Of a stretch of 64,000 bases of DNA, positions 31,478 to 41,009 are shown piece after piece. The stretch comes from Acidobacteriota bacterium. Lineage in GTDB: Bacteria; Acidobacteriota; UBA890; WLXD01. A program made the translations under genes and the position numbers. Each line of letters begins with the position of its first letter. Positions within the stretch are counted from its first letter, which is position 1. Where the stretch lies: positions 1,856,001-1,920,000 of the forward strand of contig CBDBHB010000009.1 in NCBI GenBank assembly GCA_965205505.1, in the 5' to 3' direction. Under the pieces are notes generated by a model. It did no database searches. It was not told where the DNA came from and saw nothing but the letters and a program-made list of their open reading frames with translations.

Positions 31478-33598
31478 TCAAGGCCCAGCCGAGTCGGCCT
31501 CGGCGCCCTCTTTGAAGAGCGGTCGGCCGTCCATGTAGCTGGGAGTCGGGACACCGAACTGCTGTAGCGCCGTTGGAGCGATGTCGATGAGCGCAGGATC
31601 GTCGACGTCGATGACGCGATTGCAGAACAACACTCCCGGAACGAGCCGTGGGTCGACGCAGTGGTCGCCACTCCAGGCCTTCACGTTGTCTTCGAATAGC
31701 GGCGCATCGACCACGCCGGTGGCGCAATCCCAGGAAGTACGGTAGCCGCGGTTGTACCCGATGATGAACTCGGGAGCGTTCTCGAGATACGGACCCCGGT
31801 AAAGCTGGGCGGTATCGAACGCCTCGACGATGGCCACCTCGTCGTTCTCTTCGTCCCGTAGTCCTTTGAGCTTGGTGCCGATCTCTGCTTTCAGGGAATC
31901 GACTTCAGAGCGTTCGACGATGCCCTGCGACTCGCGGCCCTTGATGTTGAAGAACATACCCGACAGCCCGAGACAGTAGGCTTTGGTGCGTGACCAGTCG
32001 ACCGCACGAAGCCACTCGGTGGTGCCGTCGGCGCCGTCCTTGAGAGCGAGGTAGCCGTTGTCGAGGAGCCACCGATTAAGGTTCAGGCCACGGCGGAACG
32101 AGGTAAAGCCGTGGTCTGATAGCACCATCAGCAGGTCATCCTCGGTGACTCTCTCCAACACCTCACCCACGAGCTTGTCGTTGCGCACGTAGAGCTCCTC
32201 GATGGTGTCGCGACAGTCGTCTTGGCTGCCGTCGTCGGCCGGATGTCCCTCCTCGATGTAGCGCCAGAACATGTGCTGGATGCGGTCGGTGGCGTCGAAC
32301 ACGCACACCAAGCAGCCGCGGCGCAACCGCTCCATCGCCGCGAAGAACATGTCCTTGCGCTCGTCGTCGATATCGAATGTGAGCTCCTTGAAGTGGCGGT
32401 CGTCGATCACCTTCTCGTTCAGTGCCCAGGTATCTTCGGCAAGCCCCAGCGTCGAGTACTTTCCCTGCATCTTCGACAGGTACACGGCATAGTAGTTGGG
32501 GTGTGAGATCGGCATCGCGGGTCGCTCCGGATCGAGCGCGATGGGCGTCATGTACATGGAGAAGTCGCCGTTCATCTCGGTCATCATGACGCGCCCGATG
32601 CCGCGCACCTTGATGCCGGGCGCCGCAGGGAAGGTCAGCGGCAACCACTCGGAAAGCTCGCCGAGGACCAAGTCGACGCTCTCGGAGCCGAAAGTGACAC
32701 GCGCGCGGCTCTCGCCGCGGTCGAGCTCGGCGATGATCGGTATCTCCAGCGGAGGGCTGCCCTTGCGAAGGATGTTCTCGGGTCCTAGCAAGGTTCCGGT
32801 GACTCGGTCGCCCTCCATGGTTACCGGCACTCGCTGGCCGCCCTCCTTGAACTTGGTGCTTTCGGGCCGGGTGGTGAAGAGCAGGAACGTGCCCTGCGTT
32901 CCGAGAAGGTCCGGGACGCACATCGCCGATAGCTGGGCGCCATAGAAACGGTCGGGTGGAAAGGTGATGGGCACCCGAAGCACGGTGCTCCAGATATTGT
33001 GTTCGCCGAGAACGCTCCAGAATGGCTTGGACTTGCGCAGAAGTCGGAGCTCCGGTTTTTCGAGCGGAATACGAAAGGGTCCCAGGCTCAGGAATCGATC
33101 GACCGAACCGATCTTGGTCGACGACAACACCGGCATGTATGTCCGGCGGTCGCGGTCGAGAAAGTCGTAGATGTTGTGCCGTGCAGGGTGAGCGCCAGTC
33201 GAAAACGACGACCAGGCTACCGGAGAGATCGACGGGAACGTCGTCTTCAATGGCTTGTAGCAGCCCATGTCGGCGAGCTTCTTGAAGTTCGGCAACTTGC
33301 CTTCGGCCATGAAGCGGTCGGTCAACTGCGGATCCTGTCCGTCGAACCCGACGACGATGAGGCGCCGGATCTTGGGCGCCACCTTCGTACGGCGCGTGAT
33401 CGCCCGCCATAAGGTGCGGAACGGCCAGATCAGCAGCGAGGCGACGACCGCCAGAATGGTCGAGAACAGCACCAGGAAGCTGCTGATGAACGCGAAGCCG
33501 GCTCCGGGACCAACGTAGGCATCGGCCACATGCGGGTAGGCCAGCACCGACAGCACGGCCAGGACGAGGCGCGATACGAACCAGGACCGCGTGCTCAC
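31478..33598 (-). CDS. NPP-family (AlkP superfamily) protein with signal peptide, AYVGPGAG motif and TM anchor
   Basis: VVGFDG, SISPVAWSSFSTG, TDRIQHMFW, SDHGF, WSGDH. Confidence 0.87.
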   Translation of the reverse strand: MSTRSWFVSRLVLAVLSVLAYPHVADAYVGPGAGFAFISSFLVLFSTILAVVASLLIWPFRTLWRAITRRTKVAPKIRRLIVVGFDGQDPQLTDRFMAEGKLPNFKKLADMGCYKPLKTTFPSISPVAWSSFSTGAHPARHNIYDFLDRDRRTYMPVLSSTKIGSVDRFLSLGPFRIPLEKPELRLLRKSKPFWSVLGEHNIWSTVLRVPITFPPDRFYGAQLSAMCVPDLLGTQGTFLLFTTRPESTKFKEGGQRVPVTMEGDRVTGTLLGPENILRKGSPPLEIPIIAELDRGESRARVTFGSESVDLVLGELSEWLPLTFPAAPGIKVRGIGRVMMTEMNGDFSMYMTPIALDPERPAMPISHPNYYAVYLSKMQGKYSTLGLAEDTWALNEKVIDDRHFKELTFDIDDERKDMFFAAMERLRRGCLVCVFDATDRIQHMFWRYIEEGHPADDGSQDDCRDTIEELYVRNDKLVGEVLERVTEDDLLMVLSDHGFTSFRRGLNLNRWLLDNGYLALKDGADGTTEWLRAVDWSRTKAYCLGLSGMFFNIKGRESQGIVERSEVDSLKAEIGTKLKGLRDEENDEVAIVEAFDTAQLYRGPYLENAPEFIIGYNRGYRTSWDCATGVVDAPLFEDNVKAWSGDHCVDPRLVPGVLFCNRVIDVDDPALIDIAPTALQQFGVPTPSYMDGRPLFKEGAEADSAGP

Positions 33599-34887
33599 TT
33601 GTCGTACTCCCGTTCAATAAGTGCGGCGATCTCGCCGATCCAGAGGTCGCCTTCGATGGGGTAGGGTGTCAAGAGGAAGGCGTCGTCGTACGTGTGCATG
33701 CCCACGAGGTCGCTGCGTCCGAATACCGCACTCGCCGCGGGGCACGCCTTGAGGTCGAACCCCGGGAAAGCGAGAGCGACAAGGTCGGGACCGCGTGCAG
33801 AGCAAGGTCCCTGTTCGTAAATGTCCGCAGCGTCGAACACCTCGCGGACGACCCGTTGCCCATCATACCGCAGCTGTTTGATCGCGTTGGCGATCTCCGA
33901 CTTGAGCGCCGGCACATCGCTTTCGGCGACGGTGCCGCGCCCAAACCGTTCGGATCGATTCAGATAGATCCGCCCCGGATCCAACGCGAACGCTCGACTC
34001 TTCGGCTCGATCGAGGTCAGGTCCGTCGGTGCCTCCGCACCGAGGGTCAGGTAGCCCAGGTTTTTCAGAGCTGCGTTCAGCTGCACCTCCTGACGAATAG
34101 CACAGAAACCGTGATCCGACAGCATCCAGAAACAGGACTCCGGATCGGTCTCTTCGGCCGCGAACCGGTCCCATATCTCGCCCACCAGGGTGTCCACATC
34201 GTGGTGGTAGTCGAGGGTTTGCTGGTGGCGCGGATGCTGCGTGTCCGTGAGGGCGTCCCAGAGGTAGTGATAGAGGCGGTCTGTGCCGGTAACCACGACT
34301 TGCAGGAAGCGCCAATCGACCTCGTCCCAGAGCCGCATCACCGCTTCGCGCCGTGTTCGAAGCGTTTGCCGCAGGTCGCGCATGAGCCAATCGTGGTCCT
34401 GGCGGCTGCGCGCGGTATCGATATCGATGCGGTAGTTCATGCGTCGCAACGGACCCAGCCACCGCAATGGCTTGACCGAGCGAGTGAGATCCACTGCAAC
34501 GAAGCCCGAGACCATGACTCCGGGAATCGAGCGAGCTGGGTAGGTTGCCGGCTGATTCAGTACAACCGAAGTTACGCCGCGGCGGCCGAGCCGGTCCCAC
34601 AAGGTCGGAACGCGCACATCGGCAAAGCTCGGGAACGTGAGCCCGTAGCTCTGAGGCTCGATATCAGTGAAGCCGTAGATCCCATGCTCGCCGGGACCCG
34701 TACCGGTCATGAAGCTCGACCAGCTCACCGAGGAGATTTCCGGCAATGAGGCGCGCATGGAGCGGAGGTGGGCACCGGCAATGCGCTCCGCCAAGCGCGG
34801 CATGACGCCGTCGTCGGCGAGGCGTCGCAGTAGCTGCTCCGGGACTCCGTCGAGCCCGATCAGACAGAGTCGCTTGCTGCGCGACAT
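33595..34887 (-). CDS. Cytoplasmic NPP-family (AlkP superfamily) protein
   Basis: LIGLDG, EISSVSWSSFMTG, TDRLYHYLW, SDHGF, GMHT; no signal peptide. Confidence 0.87.
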   Translation of the reverse strand: MSRSKRLCLIGLDGVPEQLLRRLADDGVMPRLAERIAGAHLRSMRASLPEISSVSWSSFMTGTGPGEHGIYGFTDIEPQSYGLTFPSFADVRVPTLWDRLGRRGVTSVVLNQPATYPARSIPGVMVSGFVAVDLTRSVKPLRWLGPLRRMNYRIDIDTARSRQDHDWLMRDLRQTLRTRREAVMRLWDEVDWRFLQVVVTGTDRLYHYLWDALTDTQHPRHQQTLDYHHDVDTLVGEIWDRFAAEETDPESCFWMLSDHGFCAIRQEVQLNAALKNLGYLTLGAEAPTDLTSIEPKSRAFALDPGRIYLNRSERFGRGTVAESDVPALKSEIANAIKQLRYDGQRVVREVFDAADIYEQGPCSARGPDLVALAFPGFDLKACPAASAVFGRSDLVGMHTYDDAFLLTPYPIEGDLWIGEIAALIEREYDK

Positions 34888-34906
34888 TGGCGCCCCCTGC
34901 GAGCGA

Positions 34907-35506
34907 TCAGAGGTACCCGAGCGACTCTAGCCGTGCGCGGATCGCCTCTTCTTGCTCTGGACTAGTGTGGTGGTCCTCGGCGGGCGGAACGTATCCCATG
35001 AGCTCGAGACTTCGCACGATCTTTTCCCGGCTCTCCTCCGGCGTCTCTTTCTCTGTATCGCAGACGATCTCGGGGTTAACCGGTTCCTCGTAGGGATCGG
35101 AAACGCCTGTAAAATTGGAGATCTCACCGGCCAGGGCTCGTTTGTATAGCCCCTTGGGATCCCGTCGTGCCAGCTCTTCGATACTGCAGCGTGCGTAGAC
35201 CTCGACGAAGTTCTCGATCGCTCCGCGCAGCTCATCCCGGATCTCTCGATAGGGAGAAATGGCCGCAGAGACCGCCGCCACTCCGTTGCGGCTGAGCAGA
35301 TTACAGACGTAGCCGATGCGCCGGATGTTGGTATCGCGGTCTTCCTTCGAGAAGCCGAGTCCTTTGGACAGGTTCGTTCGTACCTCGTCGCCGTCGAGGA
35401 TCTCGACCCGTAGGCCGCGTTCGAGGAGGACCCCTTCGACTGCCGTGGCCAGCGTCGACTTGCCGGAACCCGAAAGCCCTGTGAACCAGAGCGTGAAGCC
35501 CTTCAT
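34907..35506 (-). CDS. cysC: Adenylyl-sulfate kinase with C-terminal LESLGYL extension
   Basis: [37 protein letters not shown]. Confidence 0.96.
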   Translation of the reverse strand: MKGFTLWFTGLSGSGKSTLATAVEGVLLERGLRVEILDGDEVRTNLSKGLGFSKEDRDTNIRRIGYVCNLLSRNGVAAVSAAISPYREIRDELRGAIENFVEVYARCSIEELARRDPKGLYKRALAGEISNFTGVSDPYEEPVNPEIVCDTEKETPEESREKIVRSLELMGYVPPAEDHHTSPEQEEAIRARLESLGYL

Positions 35507-35544
35507 CTGAGCAAACTCCTTATGATGCCTCGGTAGGTGCCGAA

Positions 35545-36714
35545 TCAGGCCACGGCGCCGGCGGTCGACCCCTGATAGTGACGTCGCAAGATCTCCGCCA
35601 CCTCGGGCCGGGTGAATTCCTTTGGCAGCTCTTCACCGCGCGCCAACATGTCGCGGATCTTCGTGCCGCTGAGGAACACGTGCTGTTCCTTGTCGTGCGG
35701 ACACGTTTTCTGCGACGCCATGTTCTCGCAAGCGTGGCAGTAGAACGCGTGGTCGAAGAAGAGCGGCGTAATGCCGATCTCGAGCGCTTCGAATTCCTCG
35801 AAGATGGTGTGCGCATCGTAGGTGCCGTAGTAGCCGCCGACGCCGGCGTGGTCGCGGCCGACGATGAAGTGCGTGCAGCCGTAGTTCTTTCTTACGATGG
35901 CGTGGAAGATGGCTTCCTTAGGGCCGGCATAGCGCATCGCTGCTGGCAGAATCGACAGAGCGACGCGTGCGTTCGGGTAGTAATTGTGCAGCAGCGCCTG
36001 GTAGCACTCGAGCCGTACGTCAGCTGGGATATCGTCCGACTTAGTCTCGCCCATGATCGGGTGAATCAACAGTGCGTCGACCAATTCGAGAGCGCACTTC
36101 TGCAGGTATTCGTGGGCGCGGTGGATCGGGTTTCGGGTCTGGAAGGCGGCGACGCTGTTCCAACCCTTGGCCTTGAACAAGACGCGGGTTTCGCGCGGAT
36201 CGAGCCGCGAGCTTTCGAAGCTGGCGTGATGCGGGCGGTGTAGCAGCGTGATTTTCCCGCCCAGGTAGGAGTTGCCGGTCGATCGCAGATATGCGACTCC
36301 GGGGTGCGCGTCATCATTCGTCTGCAGCACCTGGAGGGCCTCGTGAGCTCTATCGGGCTGGTAGACGTCGGTCAACTCGAGCACGCCGTGTAACGTACCG
36401 TCGGGCCCCTTGAGCGCTACCGGGTCGCCGATCCCGACGTCGGTTGCGGTCGCAGCATCGACCGCCAGCGTGATCGGTATCGTCCACGGCAGGCCGCCGG
36501 GCAAGCGGCCATGGGCGCATACGTGCTCGTAGTCTTCCCGTCCCATGAAACCCTCGAGCGGGCTCAAGGCGCCGGTGGCGATCATCTCCAGATCAGAGGT
36601 CTCCCGACGGTTCATGGTGACGGCGGGAAGCTTGTCGACATGGTCGAGCCACTCGGTGCGTTCGGTTGCTGATGCGAAGCGGTCAACGAGGCGCCCGCCG
36701 TGAGCTTTGATCAT
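35545..36714 (-). CDS. sat: Sulfate adenylyltransferase
   Basis: [38 protein letters not shown]; start MIKAHGG overlaps upstream TAA. Confidence 0.96.
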   Translation of the reverse strand: MIKAHGGRLVDRFASATERTEWLDHVDKLPAVTMNRRETSDLEMIATGALSPLEGFMGREDYEHVCAHGRLPGGLPWTIPITLAVDAATATDVGIGDPVALKGPDGTLHGVLELTDVYQPDRAHEALQVLQTNDDAHPGVAYLRSTGNSYLGGKITLLHRPHHASFESSRLDPRETRVLFKAKGWNSVAAFQTRNPIHRAHEYLQKCALELVDALLIHPIMGETKSDDIPADVRLECYQALLHNYYPNARVALSILPAAMRYAGPKEAIFHAIVRKNYGCTHFIVGRDHAGVGGYYGTYDAHTIFEEFEALEIGITPLFFDHAFYCHACENMASQKTCPHDKEQHVFLSGTKIRDMLARGEELPKEFTRPEVAEILRRHYQGSTAGAVA

Positions 36715-36929
36715 TAGAGGTATCCGAGGTTTTCTAGTTTCTTGCGGATCGCCACCAGCTCGTCCTGGCTGAGATCGGAGGACGATGCCTCCGGTTCCAG
36801 GCTCCCGACCAGGTCGCGAAGCACGAAGACGATGAAGTCGGTGGCCGAGCTGAAGCCCGACCCGTCGATCACCCGCTGCAGCCGATTGTAGAGCGGCCGG
36901 GGAATCTTGATGCTTACGCGGTCGGGCAT
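36714..36929 (-). CDS. Small ribbon-helix-helix (CopG-like) protein with C-terminal LENLGYL tail
   Basis: VSIKIPRPLYNRL..GFSSATDFIVFVLRD; TAATG coupling to sat. Confidence 0.8.
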   Translation of the reverse strand: MPDRVSIKIPRPLYNRLQRVIDGSGFSSATDFIVFVLRDLVGSLEPEASSSDLSQDELVAIRKKLENLGYL

Positions 36930-37032
36930 GGGCAACGAGGGAATGAACTGCAGTAGGGCACGAATTGGGTCCTGATCGTAACCCAATTAGAATCAGATGC
37001 AAGTCCGATCGCGGCACCGGCCGCCGCCGACG

Positions 37033-37839
37033 CTAGAAGTAGCCGCGCAGTCGTTGCACCAAGTCGTCGTGCCGGGTGCCGTTGCTCCCCAGCAGGCCGC
37101 GGCGATTCACGATGTCGTGAGGGTCATAGTCGATCGGGCGGCCGTCGAAGTCGGTGAGGCGGCCACCGGCGGCGTGCAGAATCGCCTCCGGAGCGCAGGC
37201 GTCCCAGAGCTTTGTACCGGATGCCGGCTGCAAATAGAGGTCGCAAACCCCGGTACCGATCTTGCCGATCTTCAGGCCGACGCTGCCGGACTGCAGCATG
37301 CGCGAGATGCCGAGCTCGTCTTTCATGCGCTCGACGATCTCGGGGAGGTGCGAACGACTACAGATCAACGTCAGCTCGGCGAGCTCGCTGGTCGTTCCGA
37401 CGCGCATCGTATCGACGCCATCCGGGTGCACGCGTTCCGCCCCCTCGCCGACGATGCCGCGGTAAACAGTCTCCTCCGCGGGCTGGGCGACGACGCCGAG
37501 CACTGGCGTGCCTTCTACCACCAGCCCGATCATCACGGCGAACTCCGTAAGATGGCGGGTGAACTCCTTGGTGCCATCCATCGGGTCCACCATCCAAACG
37601 CGCCGCTTGCCGACGATCGCCGCGGGGTCAGCAGATTCCTCGGCGAGAATGCCGTCGTTGGGGAAGTGCTCCTGCAGCCGCGCGACAATGTGCTCGTTGG
37701 CGGCGCGGTCGGCCTCGGTAGCGGGCTCCCCACCGGCCTTGGCCTCGACCCGATAGTCGCTTCGGTAGTAGCGCATCAGGATCTCGGACGCCTCTCGCGC
37801 GATTGTCTCGGCGAGGTCGAGGTCACGAGCAAGGGTCAT
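37033..37839 (-). CDS. cysQ: 3'(2'),5'-bisphosphate nucleotidase (inositol monophosphatase family)
   Basis: TEADRAAN, LAEE, WMVDPMDGTKEF, SRSH, GSVGLK, WDACA. Confidence 0.92.
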   Translation of the reverse strand: MTLARDLDLAETIAREASEILMRYYRSDYRVEAKAGGEPATEADRAANEHIVARLQEHFPNDGILAEESADPAAIVGKRRVWMVDPMDGTKEFTRHLTEFAVMIGLVVEGTPVLGVVAQPAEETVYRGIVGEGAERVHPDGVDTMRVGTTSELAELTLICSRSHLPEIVERMKDELGISRMLQSGSVGLKIGKIGTGVCDLYLQPASGTKLWDACAPEAILHAAGGRLTDFDGRPIDYDPHDIVNRRGLLGSNGTRHDDLVQRLRGYF

Positions 37840-38078
37840 GTGGCTGCCGGGGCGATGCGAAGCCGATGAAGCGGGACGGCGGAGCCCTGGACACTAGCAG
37901 GAAGGCGCCCGTTACGTTCCGCGTCGTCGGTCCGGGACCCTCTGTCAGGCGAAGGGAGACCCCTTTTTTTTGGCCTCGACGCTTACAAGTTGTGCGCTGG
38001 CGCTTGACCGCCATCGACGGGCGCTGTATCTACCGCTCATCAGCAAGCAACTTGCCGCACACCCACGGGGAGACACAC

Positions 38079-38480
38079 ATGGCCGTTGCACGACAACTGA
38101 CCGTCGGGTGGCAGAATCGGCCCGGTGAGCTGGCGAACTTCTGCGAGGCGTTGGCCGCCGCGAACGTGAATATCCTGGCGCTGGCTACGGCCGAAGCGGG
38201 TGAGTACGGCGCTGTTCGGCTTCTCGTAGACGATGTCCCGCGTGCGCGCGAGGTGTTCCGCGAGAGCGGCGTGGCGCATACGAGCATCGAGGTGCTGGTG
38301 GCGACCCTGGGGAGCCACGCAGGCCAGTTGGCGAAGATCGCCCGTCTGCTCTCGGACAACAAGATCAACATCGAGTACTTCTACGCCTCGGTGTCACCGG
38401 ACGACGGCCTCGCGATTGGTGTCTTCAAAGTGTCGGATGCTGCTGCCGCCGACGCGTTGCTGGAGTCGGTCCGAGACTAG
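38079..38480 (+). CDS. Tandem ACT-domain protein
   Basis: QLTV..NRPGELA..NVNILAL; second ACT GQLAKIARLLSDNKINIEYFY. Confidence 0.85.
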   Translation: MAVARQLTVGWQNRPGELANFCEALAAANVNILALATAEAGEYGAVRLLVDDVPRAREVFRESGVAHTSIEVLVATLGSHAGQLAKIARLLSDNKINIEYFYASVSPDDGLAIGVFKVSDAAAADALLESVRD

Positions 38481-38501
38481 CGGCCTGTAACAGATCACTA
38501 G
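38477..38501. repeat. Collapsed family A MITE end remnant
   Basis: CTAGCGGCCTGTAACAGATCACTAG resembles left TIR AGTGGCCTGTAACAGATGATC at 51437; sits at the ACT gene stop. Confidence 0.65.
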
Positions 38502-38517
38502 CCAGCGTGACCGACGT

Positions 38518-39610
38518 ATGGAGTTGCTGCACATGAGTACTGTTCCCACCGCGGAACCGTTGCTGGAAACCGAGCTGCCCGATGTTGACCTGATCCACCG
38601 TGGCAAGGTGCGCGACGTGTACGGAGTCGGCGATGAGCTACTGCTTGTTGCCACCGCCGGCGAAGGGGACGGTGCTGACTCAGCTGTCGTGTTTCTGGTT
38701 CGATCGCCTGCAACACGTGGTTGACAACCACCTGATCAGCGCCGATGTGGACGAGTTTCCGGACGTCCTGCAGCCCTACGCTGACCAACTCGCCGGGCGT
38801 AGCATGTACGCGCGCCGTGACCGTATCTCCGCCTTCGACGTGGTGCTGCCCGGAGGCGTGCCGGCGAAGGGGACGGTGCTGACTCAGCTGTCGTGTTTCT
38901 GGTTCGATCGCCTGCAACACGTGGTTGACAACCACCTGATCAGCGCCGATGTGGACGAGTTTCCGGACGTCCTGCAGCCCTACGCTGACCAACTCGCCGG
39001 GCGTAGCATGTACGCGCGCCGTGCCGAGCGATTCGATGTCGAGTGCGTCGTGCGCGGATACCTCATCGGATCAGGGTGGCGCGACTACCAGCGCACCGGT
39101 CAGGTCTGTGGCATCGAATTGCCGCCTGGCCTGCAGCAGGCGGCGCGGCTCCCCGAGCCGATCTTCACGCCCTCCACCAAAGCCGACTCGGGCCACGACG
39201 AGAATGTGTCGGTGGCTCAGATGGCAGAGCTGATTGGGCCGGACTGGACCGCGCAGTTGGCTGAAGTGTCGTTGCGCCTGTACTCCGAGGCAGCCGAGTA
39301 TGCCGAGTCACGCGGCATAATCATTGCCGACACGAAGTTCGAGTTCGGGCTGGTCGGGGACGAGCTGATCCTCATCGACGAGGTGTTTACACCAGACTCG
39401 TCGCGCTTCTGGCCGGCGGACGAATACCGGCCGGGAACCAACCCACCGTCCTATGACAAGGAATTTGTGCGCGATTACCTTTCCCATCTGGACTGGGACA
39501 AGACGCCCCCTGGCCCGGTGCTCCCCGAGGAGATCGTGCAACGAACGTCGGCCAAGTATCACGAGGCATACGAGGTGCTTACGGGCACAGCGTTGCCGGA
39601 CTTTTCCTGA
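38518..39610 (+). pseudogene. purC: SAICAR synthetase disrupted by a 163-nt duplicated insertion
   Basis: RGKVRDVY, DRISAFDV, ECVVRGY, DTKFEFG, DEVFTPDSSRFW; frame broken at ~38656. Confidence 0.9.
38656..39023 (+). repeat. Exact 164-bp direct repeat (38656-38819 and 38860-39023)
   Basis: Both copies read GCCGGCGAAGGGGACGG...GCGCGCCGTG, separated by 40 bp of unique purC sequence. Confidence 0.93.
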
Positions 39611-39620
39611 GCGCCAGCGA

Positions 39621-39839
39621 ATGAGTCGCAAGCCCACTCTGAAGGTTCGCCTACAGGAACTCGTCGTCGACATGGTGAAGAAGGGAATCCGGCTTCAGGA
39701 GGCCCACGAGCAGCTCGAGCGGCAGTTCCTCAGCGAGGTGCTGTCGGTCTGCGAAGGTAACCAGAGTCGCGCCGCCGAGGCGCTCAAGGTGCATCGCAAT
39801 ACACTGCGGCGCAAGCTCCGGCAACACGGCCTGCTCTGA
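39621..39839 (+). CDS. Small Fis-family HTH protein
   Basis: GNQSRAAEALKVHRNTLRRKL. Confidence 0.85.
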   Translation: MSRKPTLKVRLQELVVDMVKKGIRLQEAHEQLERQFLSEVLSVCEGNQSRAAEALKVHRNTLRRKLRQHGLL

Positions 39840-39881
39840 TGCCCGCCATCACGGCGCGGTTCGTGACGGTCGGTCAGGAGC

Positions 39882-39936
39882 TTGACGAACGCCGGTGCGG
39901 CCACTACGGTTAGCACTCATCTTAGGAGAGTGCCAG
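39882..39936 (+). promoter_or_regulatory. Sigma70-type promoter plus CIRCE (HrcA operator)
   Basis: TTGACG-N17-TACGGT (39882-39910) then TTAGCACTC-N9-GAGTGCCAG (39910-39936), upstream of groES remnant. Confidence 0.9.
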
Positions 39937-40042
39937 CGGAGTCCACTTCAAAGTGCTAGTCCCGCGCAGACTCCCGCTTCCAGCAGACGAACTGGCGCCC
40001 AACTGCGTCTGCAATTATCACCTCACAAGGAGCTTACAGTCC

Positions 40043-40147
40043 ATGGCGAAGAAGAAGACTGTTGGCGTGCGTCCTCTGCACGACCGGGTTTTGCTACGTC
40101 GTTTGGACGCCGTCGATGAGGCTCGCGGCGGCATGGGCGGCTTCTAA
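40043..40147 (+). pseudogene. groES: groES 5' end fused to groEL-like 3' end (operon collapsed to 34 codons)
   Basis: MAKKKTVGVRPLHDRVLLRR is a GroES N-terminus; GGMGGF-stop resembles a GroEL C-terminal tail; AAGGAG RBS and CIRCE upstream. Confidence 0.85.
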
Positions 40148-40376
40148 CCTTTGCTCCAGTCCGACGAGCACGGGACACACCGGGCTCGGGGTGTACCAGG
40201 TTCGCTCCGGGCTCGATGTGGGTCGGCCAACCGCACCGACCGGCGGAAGGTCTCAGGATGGGCGGCGAGAAAAATTGCCGCCCTGGAACGCGCTTGCTAC
40301 GATTGGGTAATGGTCAGCGACACTCCGTTGCGGCCGTACCCTCCCTAGATACCGACCTCGCCAGGAGTATGATCCG

Positions 40377-40922
40377 ATGCGGACGACCACCAGCTTGCTA
40401 ATCGGCGCGGCAATGTTCACGTCGGCTGTTTTCTCCACCCCGCAGTCTACGGGCACCCGCATCGTCTTCATCGATGGAGACTCGGTGCTGACTGGATCAG
40501 AGATTGGACGCGTTGCCCGCGAGCGGCTCGAGGTTGAAGCTGCGAGGTGGCAGGAGAATCTCAACGCGCAGGCGACGGAGCTCGAAGCGTTGCAGCGCCA
40601 GCGCCAAGATCAAGCGCTGACCCTCAACGAGGCTGCGTTGGCGCGGCTCAACCAGGACATTGAAGAAAAGCAGGTGCTGGCCCAGCGCACCAACGACGAT
40701 GCCCGTCGTGAGCTCGAGCGCATGGAGCAGCAGATCACGCTCGATGTCAACGAGCAGCTTGGACCACTGGTCGAACAGTTCGCCGCCGACAACGGCTACG
40801 ACGTGATCTTCGACTCTTCACGGGCCCAGGGCGTGCTCTACTTCGCCAACTCGACGATCGTAACCACCGAGTTCTTGGCGCTGGTCAACTCGAGCGTAGG
40901 CGCCGATTCGTCGCAGGACTGA
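40377..40922 (+). CDS. skp: OmpH/Skp periplasmic chaperone
   Basis: Signal peptide, RIVFIDGDSVL..S..G, long coiled coil, GYDVIFD. Confidence 0.8.
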   Translation: MRTTTSLLIGAAMFTSAVFSTPQSTGTRIVFIDGDSVLTGSEIGRVARERLEVEAARWQENLNAQATELEALQRQRQDQALTLNEAALARLNQDIEEKQVLAQRTNDDARRELERMEQQITLDVNEQLGPLVEQFAADNGYDVIFDSSRAQGVLYFANSTIVTTEFLALVNSSVGADSSQD

Positions 40923-41009
40923 CAGATCTCCAACAACCGCGCGTTCGGGGTGCTGCACGGGCCACGGGAGGAGTTGTGGGGCGCGAGCCTCACAGACGGA
41001 GTGCGGGAT

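Noticed and set aside
6155-34749. Long antisense and alternative-frame ORFs (e.g. 6155-7534, 9525-10985, 30027-31379, 33694-34749)
   Set aside because: Shadow ORFs of real genes, expected at high GC; no motifs
37952-37971. Terminator or attenuator upstream of the ACT gene (AAGGG-AGAC-CCCTT + T run)
   Set aside because: Stem is very weak, and no leader peptide or riboswitch core is recognisable
38656-39023. Diversity-generating retroelement TR/VR pair
   Set aside because: Copies are identical with no adenine-specific mismatches, lie within purC, and no reverse transcriptase is present
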